DNA of 62,412 bases, counting the filler. It is 4 parts of 4 records of this genome, joined end to end, with 100 filler letters (N's around TTAATTAATTAA, not from the genome) between each part and the next. Parts side by side here need not be neighbours in the genome. Positions count along the whole stretch, not along the records: positions 57,096 to 62,412 come from DRR723986_5122; 3 more parts are not named here. The stretch is one strand, 5' to 3'. Below are positions 60,642 to 62,412 of the stretch, piece by piece. Each line of letters opens with the position of its first letter. Within the stretch, counting starts at the first letter, position 1. The notes under the pieces were generated by a model. The model was not told the DNA's origin and made no database searches. It was given only the letters and a program-made list of their open reading frames with translations. The position numbers were made by a program, and so were the translations under genes.

Positions 60642-61772
60642 GTGACGCAAGACATGTCGGCGGCATCGGTCCTGTTTGACCGGGGGCCGCTTGGGTCAGG
60701 TTCTCTTTTTCGAGATCCCGAAGACATCATCGAGGCTTGGCATCCCGATGAGGTTGGCCCGGCATTGCAAGCGATGGAAGCGGCGCAGCAAGCCGGAAAA
60801 TGGCTCGCAGGCAGCGCGTCCTACGAATTGGGCTATGCGCTGACCCCGGATATTTTTCGAGGGCACCGCGCATCCGGCGACGAACCGCTGCTGCGCTTTG
60901 GTGTGTTTGATCAGGTCATGCCTCCGACTGAGGTGCCCGCAGATAACACTGCCTACCTTGGCACGTTCACGCCAGAGTGGTGCTTTGAGACCTACAAAGA
61001 AGCCTTTGATACCGTTCATGAATTCCTCAAATCCGGCGATATTTATCAGGCCAACCTGACCTTCCCTATCACCGCCACGTATGAAGGGTGCCTCCGGTTG
61101 CTTTATGAAAAGCTCAGGCAAAAGCAATCCGTTCCCTACGGCGCCTTTGTCGATCTGGGCGCAACAAAACTATTGTGCCGCTCGCCGGAGCTGTTCTTTT
61201 CCCTGTCTGTGGAGGGGCAACTGCGGGCGCGGCCGATGAAGGGCACCATCAAACGCAGCGCAGACCCCCTTGAGGATGCCGCGCTCAGGGCGCAGCTGGC
61301 TGGCTCTGAAAAAGATCAGGCCGAAAACTTGATGATCACCGACCTGCTGCGCAATGATTTCGCCCGGATTGCCCAGATCGGCAGCGTACAGGTGCCATCG
61401 CTTTTTGGAATCGAAAGCTATGCCACTGTGCATCAGATGGTTTCCGAGGTCACGGCGCGTATAAGGCCGGACTGCGGGCTTTGCGAAATCCTGCTGGCCC
61501 TGTTTCCCTGTGGATCCATCACCGGTGCGCCCAAGATCCGTGCGATGCAGATTTTGGCGCGTTTGGAGACCGCGCCGCGCGATGCCTATTGCGGTATGAT
61601 CGGTTGGATCGCGCCAGACGGGGCGATGGAGTTCAACGTGGCGATCCGCACCTTGATCTGCGGGCCGACGGGTCAGGCGCGACTGAACGTGGGCGGCGGG
61701 GTGGTTTATGACAGCAGCGCCCAAAGCGAATATGAGGAAGCCCTGCTCAAATCCGCCTTTGCGCAACTTTAG
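60642..61772 (+). CDS. pabB: Aminodeoxychorismate synthase component I
   Basis: GDIYQANL, SPELF, PMKGT, AENLMI, FPCGSITGAPK, VAIRT. Confidence 0.92.
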   Translation: MTQDMSAASVLFDRGPLGSGSLFRDPEDIIEAWHPDEVGPALQAMEAAQQAGKWLAGSASYELGYALTPDIFRGHRASGDEPLLRFGVFDQVMPPTEVPADNTAYLGTFTPEWCFETYKEAFDTVHEFLKSGDIYQANLTFPITATYEGCLRLLYEKLRQKQSVPYGAFVDLGATKLLCRSPELFFSLSVEGQLRARPMKGTIKRSADPLEDAALRAQLAGSEKDQAENLMITDLLRNDFARIAQIGSVQVPSLFGIESYATVHQMVSEVTARIRPDCGLCEILLALFPCGSITGAPKIRAMQILARLETAPRDAYCGMIGWIAPDGAMEFNVAIRTLICGPTGQARLNVGGGVVYDSSAQSEYEEALLKSAFAQL

Positions 61773-62109
61773 GCTTTCGCACCTTTAAATCCACCGGTGC
61801 ACGCCCCGTTCGCTCGATTGAGAGGCGTCATCGCCGGCAGCGCAAGGCGGGGAATCATCGGAATGGCTTTGCCCACCCGCGGCAGGCCTCTGCGCCGCTC
61901 ATCCCCGGCCCTTTTGGGACATTCGGATGCTTTCCCCCAAGATCAGGGCAAATCGGCCCGCTTTCCACCGGACTTAACAAAAATAACCTGCTCCTGCGGC
62001 AAACCCGCCCATTGCCCCCCAGCGAAAGCCGCACTAGAACAAACGGGACTGCGCACCGCGTCAGCCAACAGGCGTGGTGTATCAAAAATCTTTATCTAGG
62101 AGGCACCGC

Positions 62110-62412
62110 ATGGCAGACGCAGCCATTCACGGCCAAGACCACCATGACGATCGCGGGTTCTTTACCCGCTGGTTCATGTCAACAAACCACAAAGACATCG
62201 GTATCTTGTACCTGATCGTATCAGCCCTCGTCGGGTTCATCTCGGTCGCGTTCACCGTCTACATGCGGCTTGAACTGATGGATCCGGGTGTCCAGTACAT
62301 GTGTATGGAAGGCGCACGTTTCTTTGCCGATGCATCGGCCGATTGTACGCCAAACGGCCACCTGTGGAACGTTCTGATCACGGGCCACGGCATCCTGATG
62401 ATGTTCTTCGTG
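62110..62412 (+). CDS. ctaD: Cytochrome c oxidase subunit I, runs off window end
   Basis: MADAAIHG...[19 protein letters not shown]...[18 protein letters not shown]; not in the ORF track. Confidence 0.96.
   Translation, partial: MADAAIHGQDHHDDRGFFTRWFMSTNHKDIGILYLIVSALVGFISVAFTVYMRLELMDPGVQYMCMEGARFFADASADCTPNGHLWNVLITGHGILMMFFV

Noticed and set aside
61773-62109. ORFs or a structured RNA in the pabB-ctaD intergenic region
   Set aside because: No convincing ORF, terminator-bounded unit or FNR box; probably just the ctaD promoter region.

Overview
Draft-assembly window from a Roseobacter-group alphaproteobacterium (inferred from protein sequences and gene order). Four contigs are joined by artificial N-TTAATTAATTAA-N linkers (17609-17708, 38472-38571, 56996-57095), so adjacency across them is unproven. 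Contig 1 (1-17608): housekeeping and envelope genes (hpt, RatA/Coq10, MmgE/PrpD, guaB, RamA-like ASKHA Fe-S protein, YcbK, L,D-transpeptidase, lpxD-ACP-fabF, ialB, DUF853 ATPase, Liv-type ABC) and a candidate ~76-nt sRNA with its own promoter and terminator. Contig 2 (17709-38471, visibly higher GC): a deaminase/amidase/nucleoside-ABC operon, then a GntR-linked quinate/shikimate-type catabolic cluster. That cluster is the best candidate for an undescribed system. Its QuiC-like protein has substitutions at the dehydroshikimate-dehydratase metal ligands (Q134, N165, Y168, D239), and it encodes a ThDP enzyme, a CoA-acylating aldehyde dehydrogenase and a citryl-CoA lyase. This suggests (inference) a non-aromatic route from quinate to citryl-CoA. 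Its two forward sub-operons share a near-identical 26-bp upstream motif. Contig 3 (38572-56995): a PQQ alcohol-oxidation locus (ExaF/PedH-like dehydrogenase, probably lanthanide-dependent; ped/lut-like ABC module; an acidic exported protein; two c-type cytochromes; NosR-like protein with ApbE; pqqABCDE) with a repeated 16-bp palindrome in its promoter regions, then acyl-CoA dehydrogenase/LysR and a partial Zn/Cd P-type ATPase. Contig 4 (57096-62412): truncated tRNA-Leu(GAG), PG-binding protein, DsbA/FrnE, lipB, Dabb, pabB and the start of ctaD. No CRISPR array, transposase or integrase seen. Family calls are from motif recognition, not database searches.
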